This document shows, one piece after another, positions 27,786 to 36,392 of a stretch of 59,049 nt of DNA (its first letter is position 1; the number at the start of each line of letters is the position of its first letter). A program made the position numbers and the translations under genes. Source of the stretch: a virus; IMG/VR virus record IMGVR_UViG_3300020048_000003; one strand, 5' to 3'. The notes under the pieces are model-generated. The model did no database searches. It was not told the origin of the DNA and worked only from the letters and a program-made list of their open reading frames with translations.

Positions 27786-28064
27786 TTATATATTATATTT
27801 CATTGCATCTATTTCAATATCAGATGCTTTTACCAAAAATTCCTCTAATCTAAAACCTTTTCTATCACCATCCAAGAAAAACAATTCATATTGTTTATCT
27901 ACGGTTGATATTGCATTTATTCTATAAATTGTTCCTTTAAATGTTAGACCTGACTCTCTTCTGTCTATTCTAACATAATCACCAATTTTAAATTTCAGAT
28001 TATCAGATTCTTCTATCTCACTATTATCCTGAATATATCTTTCAAATGTTTTTAAATTTTTCAT
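27786..28064 (-). CDS. array cassette protein, mini-domain type
   Basis: N MKNLKTFERY...KIGDYVRI / C IEIDAMKYNI. Confidence 0.8.
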   Translation of the reverse strand: MKNLKTFERYIQDNSEIEESDNLKFKIGDYVRIDRRESGLTFKGTIYRINAISTVDKQYELFFLDGDRKGFRLEEFLVKASDIEIDAMKYNI

Positions 28065-28069
28065 AAATT

Positions 28070-28411
28070 TTATTTATTTATACAATCATATTCTTCCATT
28101 AAAAATTGTGATAAATCAGTTTCGTCAGCATATGGATCAAAAGTTAAATTAAAATTATCTTTTAAATCCCTTAATATATTCTGTCTTACTGCACTTTCCG
28201 CTTCACCATTTCCATAATCTATATAATAGTCATACTCTGATTCATAGTCTTCATCTTCCATTTGTTCTCTATCAATCCAATCACCACCAAACACTTCTTC
28301 ATCAAACATTTCAATTACTCTATCTTCAGGATAATGTTCTGATATCCACTTACAAGCGTCTTCAAATGAGATGCTTGGTAAATTTAATTCTTCAAATAAT
28401 TTTATTTTCAT
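28070..28411 (-). CDS. array-embedded acidic protein without KYNL end
   Basis: N MKIKLFEELN; ends EEYDCINK; point-mutated junction (ATAAATAAATAAAAT). Confidence 0.7.
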   Translation of the reverse strand: MKIKLFEELNLPSISFEDACKWISEHYPEDRVIEMFDEEVFGGDWIDREQMEDEDYESEYDYYIDYGNGEAESAVRQNILRDLKDNFNLTFDPYADETDLSQFLMEEYDCINK

Positions 28412-28426
28412 TTTGTTTTATTATTT

Positions 28427-28954
28427 TTATAAATTATATTTTATTGCATCTTTTTGTAATTTCCAAATATCATATAATCTATCTTGTTCAATTAAAAAAT
28501 AATCTCTAAATTCTTTCATCTTATCAATCAATTCACCTAAATTTTTTGATTCTAATATCAGAGAATTTAATGAAAAGTCTTTTGATACAACATCTAATCT
28601 ATGACTTAATTCTGGTTCTTCATATCCAGCTTTTTTCAAAAAATGTCTCAATACAGCCATTTTTGTATTTTGCCTTACCGTAGTTTCTTTTTTTAATTCT
28701 ATTTCTCTGATTATTGTATTGTTTTCATATTTTTTACCTAAAATTAGAGCAACTCCTGCAACTGCTGTATATTTTCTTGGATGATCTTGTCCTATTCTAA
28801 ACTTAACCTTACCTTTATCAACATTACTTTCTATCCTAGTTATTGTTAATTTTTTATCTATTTCAAACCATGATTTTTTACTAGGTATTTCCCAATTTGT
28901 TAAATCATTTTTTTTTATAATTTCAATTTGTTCAAATAATCTTAAATATTTCAT
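28427..28954 (-). CDS. array cassette protein (175 aa)
   Basis: N MKYLRLFEQI / C KDAIKYNL. Confidence 0.8.
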   Translation of the reverse strand: MKYLRLFEQIEIIKKNDLTNWEIPSKKSWFEIDKKLTITRIESNVDKGKVKFRIGQDHPRKYTAVAGVALILGKKYENNTIIREIELKKETTVRQNTKMAVLRHFLKKAGYEEPELSHRLDVVSKDFSLNSLILESKNLGELIDKMKEFRDYFLIEQDRLYDIWKLQKDAIKYNL

Positions 28955-28983
28955 AAATTAATTTACTTTTGTAAATATCTCTT

Positions 28984-29355
28984 TCAGAGATTATATTTAT
29001 TTGCATCTAATATTGTTTCTAGATATTCTCTGTTTTTAGAAAAATGTAAAATTTCATCTCTATCAAATAATTGACGTGTTATAGTTGATTGTTTATATTG
29101 TTTAAAAAATTCTTTTTTATCAGGCGGAATATTATATTCTACTTTATAAGTTTTTGTTGCATTATATTGCCTACCCCTATATTCGACGGTGTTATCTTCT
29201 TCTACAACTATTATTTTACCTATTGTTGTTTGATAAAAATTATTTAATGTATCATTATTATAAACACCAATATAATAATCATTTTTTTGACAAATAACAT
29301 AATCACCTTCATTAGGTTCATTATGATGCTTTTCATATGTTTTTAAATATCTCAT
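28984..29355 (-). CDS. array cassette protein, EILHFSKNRE subfamily; tandem duplicate of next gene
   Basis: N MRYLKTYEKHHNEPNEGDYVIC / C YLETILDANKYNL; about 80% identical to 29352..29684. Confidence 0.8.
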   Translation of the reverse strand: MRYLKTYEKHHNEPNEGDYVICQKNDYYIGVYNNDTLNNFYQTTIGKIIVVEEDNTVEYRGRQYNATKTYKVEYNIPPDKKEFFKQYKQSTITRQLFDRDEILHFSKNREYLETILDANKYNL

Positions 29356-29684
29356 AAATTATATTTATTTGCGTCTAATATTGTTTCTAAATATTCTCTG
29401 TTTTTAGAGTAGTGTAGTATTTCTTCAATTTCAAATTCTTGTCTTGTGTTTTTTGTTTGATGATATTGTTTGAAATAAAGTTTCATATTTGGTGGAATCT
29501 CATATATCACATTATAATATTTTCTATTTGGTGATGAATCTTGTACAAATGCTATTTTGCCAATAGTTGTTTGATAAAAATTATTTAGAAAATCATTATT
29601 ATAATCTTCTTTCTTACAAATAACATAATCACCTTCATTAGGTTCATTATGATAATGTTTTTCATATGTTTTTAAATATCTCAT
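29352..29684 (-). CDS. array cassette protein, EILHYSKNRE subfamily; tandem duplicate
   Basis: N MRYLKTYEKHYHNEPNEGDYVIC / C YLETILDANKYNL. Confidence 0.8.
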   Translation of the reverse strand: MRYLKTYEKHYHNEPNEGDYVICKKEDYNNDFLNNFYQTTIGKIAFVQDSSPNRKYYNVIYEIPPNMKLYFKQYHQTKNTRQEFEIEEILHYSKNREYLETILDANKYNL

Positions 29685-30118
29685 AAATTGTATTTATTTG
29701 CATCTTTCATCATTATATATTCCTCAGCTATTTCTTGATATTTCTCTTCTGATTTTTTCAAAGAAGTTGATATAAATAATGTTTCAATTGTTTCGGCATT
29801 AAAATTTGTTAATTCACCTGGTTTAAATTTTATATCATTTATTTTTTCGGGACCAACAGAATCTATAATATTCACATGTACAAAAACTCCACTATCTTGA
29901 TTATAAGAATATCTGGTTGGTATAGTATGTTCTAATTTTAATATTCTGGCAAATACTATCATATATTCCCCTGTCCATATTCTATGATTAAAAATTATAA
30001 AACTTGATGGTATAAAATCTTTAAAACGTTCACTCATAGAAAGAGCCTTTTTTTGCTTTTCTCTAAACCCTCTATAAACAGGTTTGTTTTTACTTTCAAA
30101 TGTTTGTATATGTTTCAT
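29681..30118 (-). CDS. array cassette protein
   Basis: N MKHIQTFESK / C MKDANKYNL. Confidence 0.8.
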   Translation of the reverse strand: MKHIQTFESKNKPVYRGFREKQKKALSMSERFKDFIPSSFIIFNHRIWTGEYMIVFARILKLEHTIPTRYSYNQDSGVFVHVNIIDSVGPEKINDIKFKPGELTNFNAETIETLFISTSLKKSEEKYQEIAEEYIMMKDANKYNL

Positions 30119-30450
30119 AAGTTATATTTATCTGTATCTTTTCTTATTTCAAATTCTTCTATTTCTTCTGGAGTCAATTTTCTAATTAAATTCTTTTTTG
30201 ATGCCATCCAAATTTTACCTTTTGTATCTTGAATTCTATATGGATCTACTTGATTTGATGTTCCACCAGGAAAATATCTTATTTTATTCTTTAATGTTTC
30301 TTTTTTAATTTCAACAATTTTTACAAATTCTTCTTTATCTAAAAAAAGCCTATTTAACCAATCAAAATGCGTCCTTTGTGGTTTATATAATACATAATCA
30401 CCAACTTTATATTTAGTGAATATTCCTTCATATGTTTGTATATATCTCAT
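30115..30450 (-). CDS. array cassette protein, mini-domain type
   Basis: N MRYIQTYEGI...KVGDYVLY / C TPEEIEEFEIRKDTDKYNL. Confidence 0.8.
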   Translation of the reverse strand: MRYIQTYEGIFTKYKVGDYVLYKPQRTHFDWLNRLFLDKEEFVKIVEIKKETLKNKIRYFPGGTSNQVDPYRIQDTKGKIWMASKKNLIRKLTPEEIEEFEIRKDTDKYNL

Positions 30451-30746
30451 AAGTTATAATTATTTACATTATCAAAATAGTTATAAATTTCAATTTCTTC
30501 TGATGTCGCTTCACGTATATTTTTCCAACTTTGTGCATATATAAGAGAATCCTTTAGACCATTATGATTAAATTCATGATATTCTTTATCTATATAATAA
30601 CCAAAAAATTTAAAATAAGATTGTTTTTTATACGAAAAGTCTTTTTTTATCTTTCCAACTAAAGTACCGTATTGATTAACGTAAATAGCATTAGGATCAA
30701 AAGTTTTATTATTTATACCTTCAAATATTTTGAAATTTATTATCAT
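30447..30746 (-). CDS. array cassette protein (MIINFKIFE N-variant)
   Basis: N MIINFKIFEGIN / C NVNNYNL; paralogue of 35125..35508 C-half. Confidence 0.8.
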   Translation of the reverse strand: MIINFKIFEGINNKTFDPNAIYVNQYGTLVGKIKKDFSYKKQSYFKFFGYYIDKEYHEFNHNGLKDSLIYAQSWKNIREATSEEIEIYNYFDNVNNYNL

Positions 30747-30758
30747 ATTCTATATATT

Positions 30759-30792
30759 AAAAAAACCTTTGAAATTTTTCAAAGGCTGTTTC
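30759..30792 (-). terminator. intrinsic terminator inside array (CCTTTGAAATTTTTCAAAGG hairpin + T7)
   Basis: Perfect 8-bp stem 30766-30785 includes stop codon of 30779..31066; minus strand follows with TTTTTTT. Confidence 0.6.
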
Positions 30793-31066
30793 TACGTATT
30801 GTTAATAAATCTTTTATTTCTTCTGGTGGTATTTTTATTATTTCATCTGGAATTACCCATAATTCTTTAGTCATTGGACGATAAGAATAATCTATTTCAA
30901 AATTATCTGTTAATTTAACTATTTCATAATTTTCTTTATTTTTCTTACCTGGCTCAATATCAGCAATTTGATAAATCGCTGTGCTATTATGTTTTTTAAC
31001 ATAATCTCCTATTCTAAATTTAAAATCTCTAAATTTATTTTCTTCGTAATTACCAATATATTTCAT
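30779..31066 (-). CDS. array cassette protein with altered C-terminus (TIRRNSL), mini-domain type
   Basis: N MKYIGNYEEN...RIGDYVKK; no KYNL; terminator replaces junction. Confidence 0.7.
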   Translation of the reverse strand: MKYIGNYEENKFRDFKFRIGDYVKKHNSTAIYQIADIEPGKKNKENYEIVKLTDNFEIDYSYRPMTKELWVIPDEIIKIPPEEIKDLLTIRRNSL

Positions 31067-31485
31067 AAGTTATATTTTTTTATTGATGAAAAAAAATCTA
31101 ATTTTTCTTCTAATTCTGTTTTTGGTTCTGATATATTAATATTATTATTTTTTAAAGTATACCATTTTCCGTTTATCTTTAATTTATGTGACCATTTTGC
31201 CATAAATCCTCCTTGTGAATATCTTGTCCAAACATCTTCAATTTCACCATGTTTTATATTTTTATTTCCATTATTATCATATACTGGTAGTTCAATTTCC
31301 TTACCGATTAAAATTTTAGGTAAATCTAATCTAAAATAATAACACCTACTTTTAGTATCTCTCTTTCTTAATTTTACATCAGGATATAAATCATTAAAAT
31401 GTGTATCATATGAATTCCATAATTCATCCAAACTTAAAATATAATTCGGTGACATATTTTCAAATAATTTAAATTTTGTTATCAT
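31063..31485 (-). CDS. array cassette protein
   Basis: N MITKFKLFENMS / C SIKKYNL. Confidence 0.8.
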   Translation of the reverse strand: MITKFKLFENMSPNYILSLDELWNSYDTHFNDLYPDVKLRKRDTKSRCYYFRLDLPKILIGKEIELPVYDNNGNKNIKHGEIEDVWTRYSQGGFMAKWSHKLKINGKWYTLKNNNINISEPKTELEEKLDFFSSIKKYNL

Positions 31486-31868
31486 AAGTTATATTTATTT
31501 GCATCTTTTTTTAATAGATAACTTTGGTATTGTTTTGGATATAATTTAATATACATTTCTACCATTCTTTGTCCTAATTCTGTTTTAGGTCTCAAATAAT
31601 CAAAAAAATCTAATCCATCATCATCCTTTATTGACCAATCCGCATCATGTTCAATTAAATATTTTATAATACTATGATGTTCATAGTATGCTGCTATAAT
31701 AAGTGCCGTACTTCCATCTTCTGGATTTTGATAATCTATATCTGCACCATTTTCTAATGCAATACGAAGATCACTAATATCATCTGTTTGAGCAGCATCA
31801 AAAAGATTGATATTATAATATTCCTTTTCTTCATCACTTATATCTTCAAATAATTTGATATATTTCAT
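31482..31868 (-). CDS. array cassette protein, ankyrin-repeat
   Basis: N MKYIKLFEDIS / C DANKYNL; DGSTALIIAAYYEHHSIIKYLIEHDADWSIKD. Confidence 0.8.
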   Translation of the reverse strand: MKYIKLFEDISDEEKEYYNINLFDAAQTDDISDLRIALENGADIDYQNPEDGSTALIIAAYYEHHSIIKYLIEHDADWSIKDDDGLDFFDYLRPKTELGQRMVEMYIKLYPKQYQSYLLKKDANKYNL

Positions 31869-32221
31869 AAGTTATATTTATTTGCATTTATTTTTAATTC
31901 TACTTCTTCTATTGTTTTAGCAAAAGCCAATATTTGTGTAAACCTACAAGATTTAGTTCCATTATTAAATAGGCTTTCAAGTTCTTTTGGAATATTAAAA
32001 TATTGCAATTTTACACCTTCACATTTATCATAAGCATCAAATATATATCCTATAACTCTACCACAATTTTTACTCAAAAAATGTAAATACTCTTCACCTA
32101 CTGGTGTATAACTGCGATTATTTCTTTGTTGTTTATTTAGAGGAATAACTTGAACATAATCACCTATATTGGGTATTTTATTTAAAGCCTTAATATCAAA
32201 ATTTTCAAAAATAGTTATCAT
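31865..32221 (-). CDS. array cassette protein
   Basis: N MITIFENFDI / C INANKYNL. Confidence 0.8.
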   Translation of the reverse strand: MITIFENFDIKALNKIPNIGDYVQVIPLNKQQRNNRSYTPVGEEYLHFLSKNCGRVIGYIFDAYDKCEGVKLQYFNIPKELESLFNNGTKSCRFTQILAFAKTIEEVELKINANKYNL

Positions 32222-32505
32222 AGATTATATTTTTTTACGTCTCTTTTGAATATTTTCTTTTCTTGCTTTTTTACAAAATCTCTCATAAATTCTTCTACAT
32301 CACAATCATTTGGTACTACTACTTTTTTTGAATTATCTATTGTTAAAAGTCCACCATCTGTTTTATAAATAATATGTAATTCAATGGTAGGATCATATAG
32401 ATTATATAATTGAACATATATGCCATATTCTCCTTTTTTGATCCAACAGATTTTAATAAATTTATGTGTTCCTATCCAACTATTAATAGTTCTTGGTTTT
32501 TCCAT
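32218..32505 (-). CDS. array cassette C-terminal part (MEKPRTINSW...DVKKYNL); possibly 3' portion of a frameshifted gene
   Basis: Has KYNL end but no family N-tag; overlaps 32472..32663 by 34 nt. Confidence 0.5.
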   Translation of the reverse strand: MEKPRTINSWIGTHKFIKICWIKKGEYGIYVQLYNLYDPTIELHIIYKTDGGLLTIDNSKKVVVPNDCDVEEFMRDFVKKQEKKIFKRDVKKYNL

Positions 32506-32663
32506 CTTAGTGACTTTGTTTCAACTTCTTCTATAGGATGATATTTTTTTAATTCACTCATAACATCATTGTAAAATAGATTACCCCATTCGTTTTTTAA
32601 TCTTTTCTCCTCATCTCGTAATATATCTAATTTATCTATATATTCTCTATATCTATCAATCAT
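32472..32663 (-). CDS. short ORF (63 aa) directly after junction; possibly 5' portion of a frameshifted cassette gene
   Basis: ATG 0 nt after upstream TAA; N MIDRYREY; ends without KYNL inside next ORF. Confidence 0.4.
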   Translation of the reverse strand: MIDRYREYIDKLDILRDEEKRLKNEWGNLFYNDVMSELKKYHPIEEVETKSLRWKNQELLIVG

Positions 32664-32927
32664 TTATAAGTTATATTTTTTAGCATCAATATTCAATAGT
32701 TCAATGTCCCTGTCAATTTTTGATAAATAATCGTTTACATCTTCAAATCCTGTTGCTGGTACTTTTGTTTTCTTATTCATAACTCTTATATACTTACCTA
32801 AATATGATCTATCTATTACCCTATATGCTGTGTATAAATCATTCTTATGATATACAACTTCATTAAGTTCAAATCTATGTTGAATAGGACTCCATTCTCT
32901 AAGTTCAAATAATTTTAAATATTTCAT
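32664..32927 (-). CDS. array cassette protein, first gene after non-coding island
   Basis: N MKYLKLFELRE / C DAKKYNL. Confidence 0.8.
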   Translation of the reverse strand: MKYLKLFELREWSPIQHRFELNEVVYHKNDLYTAYRVIDRSYLGKYIRVMNKKTKVPATGFEDVNDYLSKIDRDIELLNIDAKKYNL

Positions 32928-32965
32928 CCATTATATATAAATTTTTAAAACTTTTTTATTTTTTT

Positions 32966-32984
32966 AACTATACTTAATATAGTT
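32966..32984. promoter_or_regulatory. small hairpin AACTATA-CTTAA-TATAGTT in non-coding island
   Basis: 7-bp inverted repeat read directly. Confidence 0.25.
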
Positions 32985-33020
32985 TTTACGGTTTCTATAA
33001 AAAATTCGTCCATTATAAGT

Positions 33021-33133
33021 TTGTTAGGTTAACAAACTTCCTTTATGAGGTTGTCAGGTGAACAACTTTCCTTTATAAGATTGTCAGGTAACAATTTTCG
33101 TTAGTGTTGTGTTAGTTAACAACTCCGTTTTAA
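33021..33133. repeat. four imperfect 30-bp direct repeats (TTGTyAGGTnAACAAnTTTCC core), iteron-like
   Basis: R1 33021-33050 TTGTTAGGTTAACAAACTTCCTTTATGAGG; R2 33051-33080 TTGTCAGGTGAACAACTTTCCTTTATAAGA; R3 33081-33107; R4 33108-33133; locally higher GC than surroundings. Confidence 0.7.
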
Positions 33134-33160
33134 CTCCGTAAAAGGTAAGTTTTCCGTTAA

Positions 33161-33192
33161 AAACAAAAAGCCACAGAAATGTGGCTTTTTAA
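33161..33192. terminator. intrinsic terminator (GCCACAGAAATGTGGC + T5) after gene 33209..33601
   Basis: 6-bp GC-rich stem 33170-33185 flanked by A-run and T-run; works on both strands. Confidence 0.7.
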
Positions 33193-33208
33193 TTTTAAAT
33201 AATTCAGT

Positions 33209-33601
33209 TTATAAATTGTATTTTGAAGCATCTATTTCATGTTGCTCAACATTAACTAAACCAACAAACATATAACCTCTTTCTTTTAATATTTTTTCAA
33301 ATGAATATGGATGGGGTGTAAAATATGGTCCTTTTATTACTTTATCTCTTAAACTATCATATGTAAATTCAAGACCAACTAAAACAAAATTATCTTTGAA
33401 TTCTTTATCTTCTCTTATATTTTTAGCAAGACCTAATGCTTGATCAATAGGTTCTACTGGATTCTGCCATTCAGTATATTGTTTATATAATCTCACCAAT
33501 CCATCTTCCAATTTATTATTTGTTGGTAATATCCAATATACTTTTCTTGATACAATATCATCTGTATCTCTAAATGCTTCTGTTGTTTTTATGTGTTTCA
33601 T
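33209..33601 (-). CDS. array cassette protein
   Basis: N MKHIKTTEAF / C EIDASKYNL; followed by terminator. Confidence 0.8.
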   Translation of the reverse strand: MKHIKTTEAFRDTDDIVSRKVYWILPTNNKLEDGLVRLYKQYTEWQNPVEPIDQALGLAKNIREDKEFKDNFVLVGLEFTYDSLRDKVIKGPYFTPHPYSFEKILKERGYMFVGLVNVEQHEIDASKYNL

Positions 33602-33894
33602 AAATTATATTTTTTTGTATCTTCAGCCATATCATAAAAATCAATTGCTTCTTTTAATGTATCAAATGTTCCAAGTATATTCATATATCTAATATCACGA
33701 GTTAAATGTCCTAATTTATAATTTGTCCATTTTCCTAACCGCATTACATAATCTAAGCCAACCACAGAAAAATTTTCAAAAACTTCTTTAACATGAGTAA
33801 TATGTAATTTTTTACTATCACCATAATAATAAACAAGATATTTATTTATGATATCACTATATTTTTTATTTTCGTATGTCTTTAAGTGTCTCAT
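33598..33894 (-). CDS. array cassette protein
   Basis: N MRHLKTYENKK / C DTKKYNL. Confidence 0.8.
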   Translation of the reverse strand: MRHLKTYENKKYSDIINKYLVYYYGDSKKLHITHVKEVFENFSVVGLDYVMRLGKWTNYKLGHLTRDIRYMNILGTFDTLKEAIDFYDMAEDTKKYNL

Positions 33895-33897
33895 AAA

Positions 33898-34227
33898 TTA
33901 TAAATTATATTTTAACGCTTCTACTTCCCAATTTTCTACTTTAGTTAAATTTTCTTCTTTTACCCATTCTACAAATTCTTTATCTCCACTTATCTCATAT
34001 AATCCATAAATTGTCTCTGTTTCCCAATCAGGAAGAACATCTATACTACCTATTATAAATATTTTATTAGTTATCCCCCGATAGTTAATCAAATAACTTG
34101 AACATCTAACATAATCATCAAAAAAGAATTTGTATTTTTTCAAATACTTTTTTTTAGTTTTAGATAATTTTTTAATAATCTCATTCTCTGAATGAATAAT
34201 ATCTTCAAATATTTTTATATGTCTCAT
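33898..34227 (-). CDS. array cassette protein
   Basis: N MRHIKIFEDI / C WEVEALKYNL. Confidence 0.8.
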   Translation of the reverse strand: MRHIKIFEDIIHSENEIIKKLSKTKKKYLKKYKFFFDDYVRCSSYLINYRGITNKIFIIGSIDVLPDWETETIYGLYEISGDKEFVEWVKEENLTKVENWEVEALKYNL

Positions 34228-34628
34228 AAGTTATATTTTAATGCGTTTACTTCATAGTCTTCTAGTTTTATTAAATCTGGTATTTTATACCAACCATGAG
34301 TTCTTCCATCTGGATATTTTATAAAAACTGCGCCTTGCCTATATGAATAAGACATAGACGTAACTATAAAATATATATTTTTATTTATATCTGATTTATC
34401 TTGTACAAAATCACCTATTTGAATAGGAGAATTTTTAACAAAATCATATTTATCCTGCGTTAAATATTCAAAATCAAAATCAAAACGAATTGTATTTTTA
34501 GGAACATCAAACACACCGATATACTCATCTCTTATTATATTAGTTATCAAATGTATATTTCCTTCATGAGATACAACAAAATCTCCAATTTCAAATTTAT
34601 TATTTTCAAATAATTTAATATATTTCAT
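34224..34628 (-). CDS. array cassette protein, double mini-domain (two G-D-F-V motifs)
   Basis: N MKYIKLFENNKFEIGDFVV...IQIGDFVQD / C YEVNALKYNL. Confidence 0.8.
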   Translation of the reverse strand: MKYIKLFENNKFEIGDFVVSHEGNIHLITNIIRDEYIGVFDVPKNTIRFDFDFEYLTQDKYDFVKNSPIQIGDFVQDKSDINKNIYFIVTSMSYSYRQGAVFIKYPDGRTHGWYKIPDLIKLEDYEVNALKYNL

Positions 34629-35128
34629 TATAAATTATATTTTCTTGCTACCACTCTTGCATCGTCAGGATAGTATTTATTCAATATTCTCCAATAATCT
34701 TTTTCTTCAACTGAAAATAAATATCCAAAATTTTCCATATATCCATCAGCTGCACCCATTTCTTGTACTAATTTAGGATTTTTTATACATTTTTTTACCC
34801 ATTCTCTTCCTTTACCTATAACAGAACTAATTAAATCTGTATAGCCATCATCGGATACATTACAATCTAATTCATCAAATCTACCATATAGTATGTAATA
34901 TATTTCATCATATTCCCAGTTAAAATTTCTAACTTGTTGAAATGAATATTCAATATATAATCTACTTTGTGCTTGTTCATACCAATTAACATAATCTACA
35001 TGATATGTTGGTGATTTTCTATATCCTTCTATTACAACACTCCAATCTACAATATCTACCATTTTCCAAAAATTGTCAGATACTGATTTGGTAATATCAA
35101 CGGTTTCAAATAATTTTATATATTTCAT
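34628..35128 (-). CDS. array cassette protein (166 aa)
   Basis: N MKYIKLFETVD / C VVARKYNL. Confidence 0.8.
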   Translation of the reverse strand: MKYIKLFETVDITKSVSDNFWKMVDIVDWSVVIEGYRKSPTYHVDYVNWYEQAQSRLYIEYSFQQVRNFNWEYDEIYYILYGRFDELDCNVSDDGYTDLISSVIGKGREWVKKCIKNPKLVQEMGAADGYMENFGYLFSVEEKDYWRILNKYYPDDARVVARKYNL

Positions 35129-35508
35129 AAGTTATATTTATTTGCTTCTTCATAAAAATTATAAAAATCAATTTCTTCTTGTGTTGCTTCTCTTATATTT
35201 CCATTCTTTTGATTATAATTCCAGACATTTTCTCCTATCCGTACTGGTATTTTTTTGGTTGTTTCTTGGTCTTTAAAAATTCCATAAAAATGAAGTCTTC
35301 TTTTTCCATCCCTATGATAAGTTTGTGATACAAATTTTAAAACTAAAAAATGATATGTATTTGTTCTAGCGGAAAAATGTTTACGAACCCAATACTTTTT
35401 ATTCAAAATATCAGGATATATTATATTTATCCAACGATTATCAACTGCTGGTACTGGCTTCTTTTTTTTGAACAAATCAGTTATAAAATTTTCGTATACT
35501 TTTATCAT
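35125..35508 (-). CDS. array cassette protein (MIKVYENFITDLFKKK N-variant)
   Basis: C NIREATQEEIDFYNFYEEANKYNL; paralogue of 39077..39478 N-region and 30447..30746 C-region. Confidence 0.8.
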   Translation of the reverse strand: MIKVYENFITDLFKKKKPVPAVDNRWINIIYPDILNKKYWVRKHFSARTNTYHFLVLKFVSQTYHRDGKRRLHFYGIFKDQETTKKIPVRIGENVWNYNQKNGNIREATQEEIDFYNFYEEANKYNL

Positions 35509-36392
35509 AAGTTATATTTATTTGCATCAATAAGATACGTATATTTACTATATTCTTTTCTTATTTCTGGATCCAATCCAAATTTTTTATGTAATTGCTC
35601 TACTTTTATTGGAAGTTCTTCTTCTATTTCTTCTTCGTCTGCTTCTTCATATTCTTTTGTATCTAAATAAAGTTTTTGATAATCATAATTATTACCTATA
35701 CTAATAGTTTCATCCATTACATCAAAAAGAGCAAAAACATTTTTTGGATTCATTTTAATTAATTTTTCTTGTAATTTCATATCATTATAAATATAGTCTT
35801 TGATATATTCAAATTTTGTATCATATTCAACATTTCTGAGACACGCCTCAACCAAATCATCATCATTTACATAATCTTTAATATAAGAATATACATTATC
35901 TCTAATTGTGTGTTTACCCCAAATTTGAGTAAGTATTTGTTCTGGATGTTCATCCTCCCATTTTTCTTCCCAATAATTTAATAAAAAATCATAGTCTGAA
36001 TTTGTATCAACAAGTATTTCAATTAAACCTTTTTTACTCATTTTAAATAAAACATCTTCATTATTTTCAAACTCTATTTTATATTTCTTTTTGAATTTTT
36101 CTATATAAGGTTTGGCTACTCCTAACAAATTATCTAGAATATACATAGCGAAATCTGTTTTCTTATATATCTTATCATCTAAATATGCACCATCAGCCGT
36201 CTCTTCAATTAAACCTCGCCTAACTTTATCAATATCTACATAAGCCCAAATATTAACATAATTAGACGCTTCTTCTGGACTAATTTCATAATTATCATCA
36301 TAATATTTCTCCACATATTTCTGAGAAAATTGTTCTGCTAATTCATCTTCATCTTGAGCAACATTCTCAAATAATTTAAATTTTATTATCAT
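35505..36392 (-). CDS. array cassette protein, ~300-aa acidic paralogue family (1 of 3)
   Basis: N MIIKFKLFENVAQ / C IDANKYNL; alignable with 37385..38323 and 40387..41247. Confidence 0.8.
   Translation of the reverse strand: MIIKFKLFENVAQDEDELAEQFSQKYVEKYYDDNYEISPEEASNYVNIWAYVDIDKVRRGLIEETADGAYLDDKIYKKTDFAMYILDNLLGVAKPYIEKFKKKYKIEFENNEDVLFKMSKKGLIEILVDTNSDYDFLLNYWEEKWEDEHPEQILTQIWGKHTIRDNVYSYIKDYVNDDDLVEACLRNVEYDTKFEYIKDYIYNDMKLQEKLIKMNPKNVFALFDVMDETISIGNNYDYQKLYLDTKEYEEADEEEIEEELPIKVEQLHKKFGLDPEIRKEYSKYTYLIDANKYNL

Noticed and set aside
33021-33133. The 30-bp direct repeats considered as a degenerate CRISPR or as coding sequence
   Set aside because: There are only four contiguous copies with no spacers. 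There is no ORF on either strand and no cas genes. An iteron or regulatory interpretation fits better.
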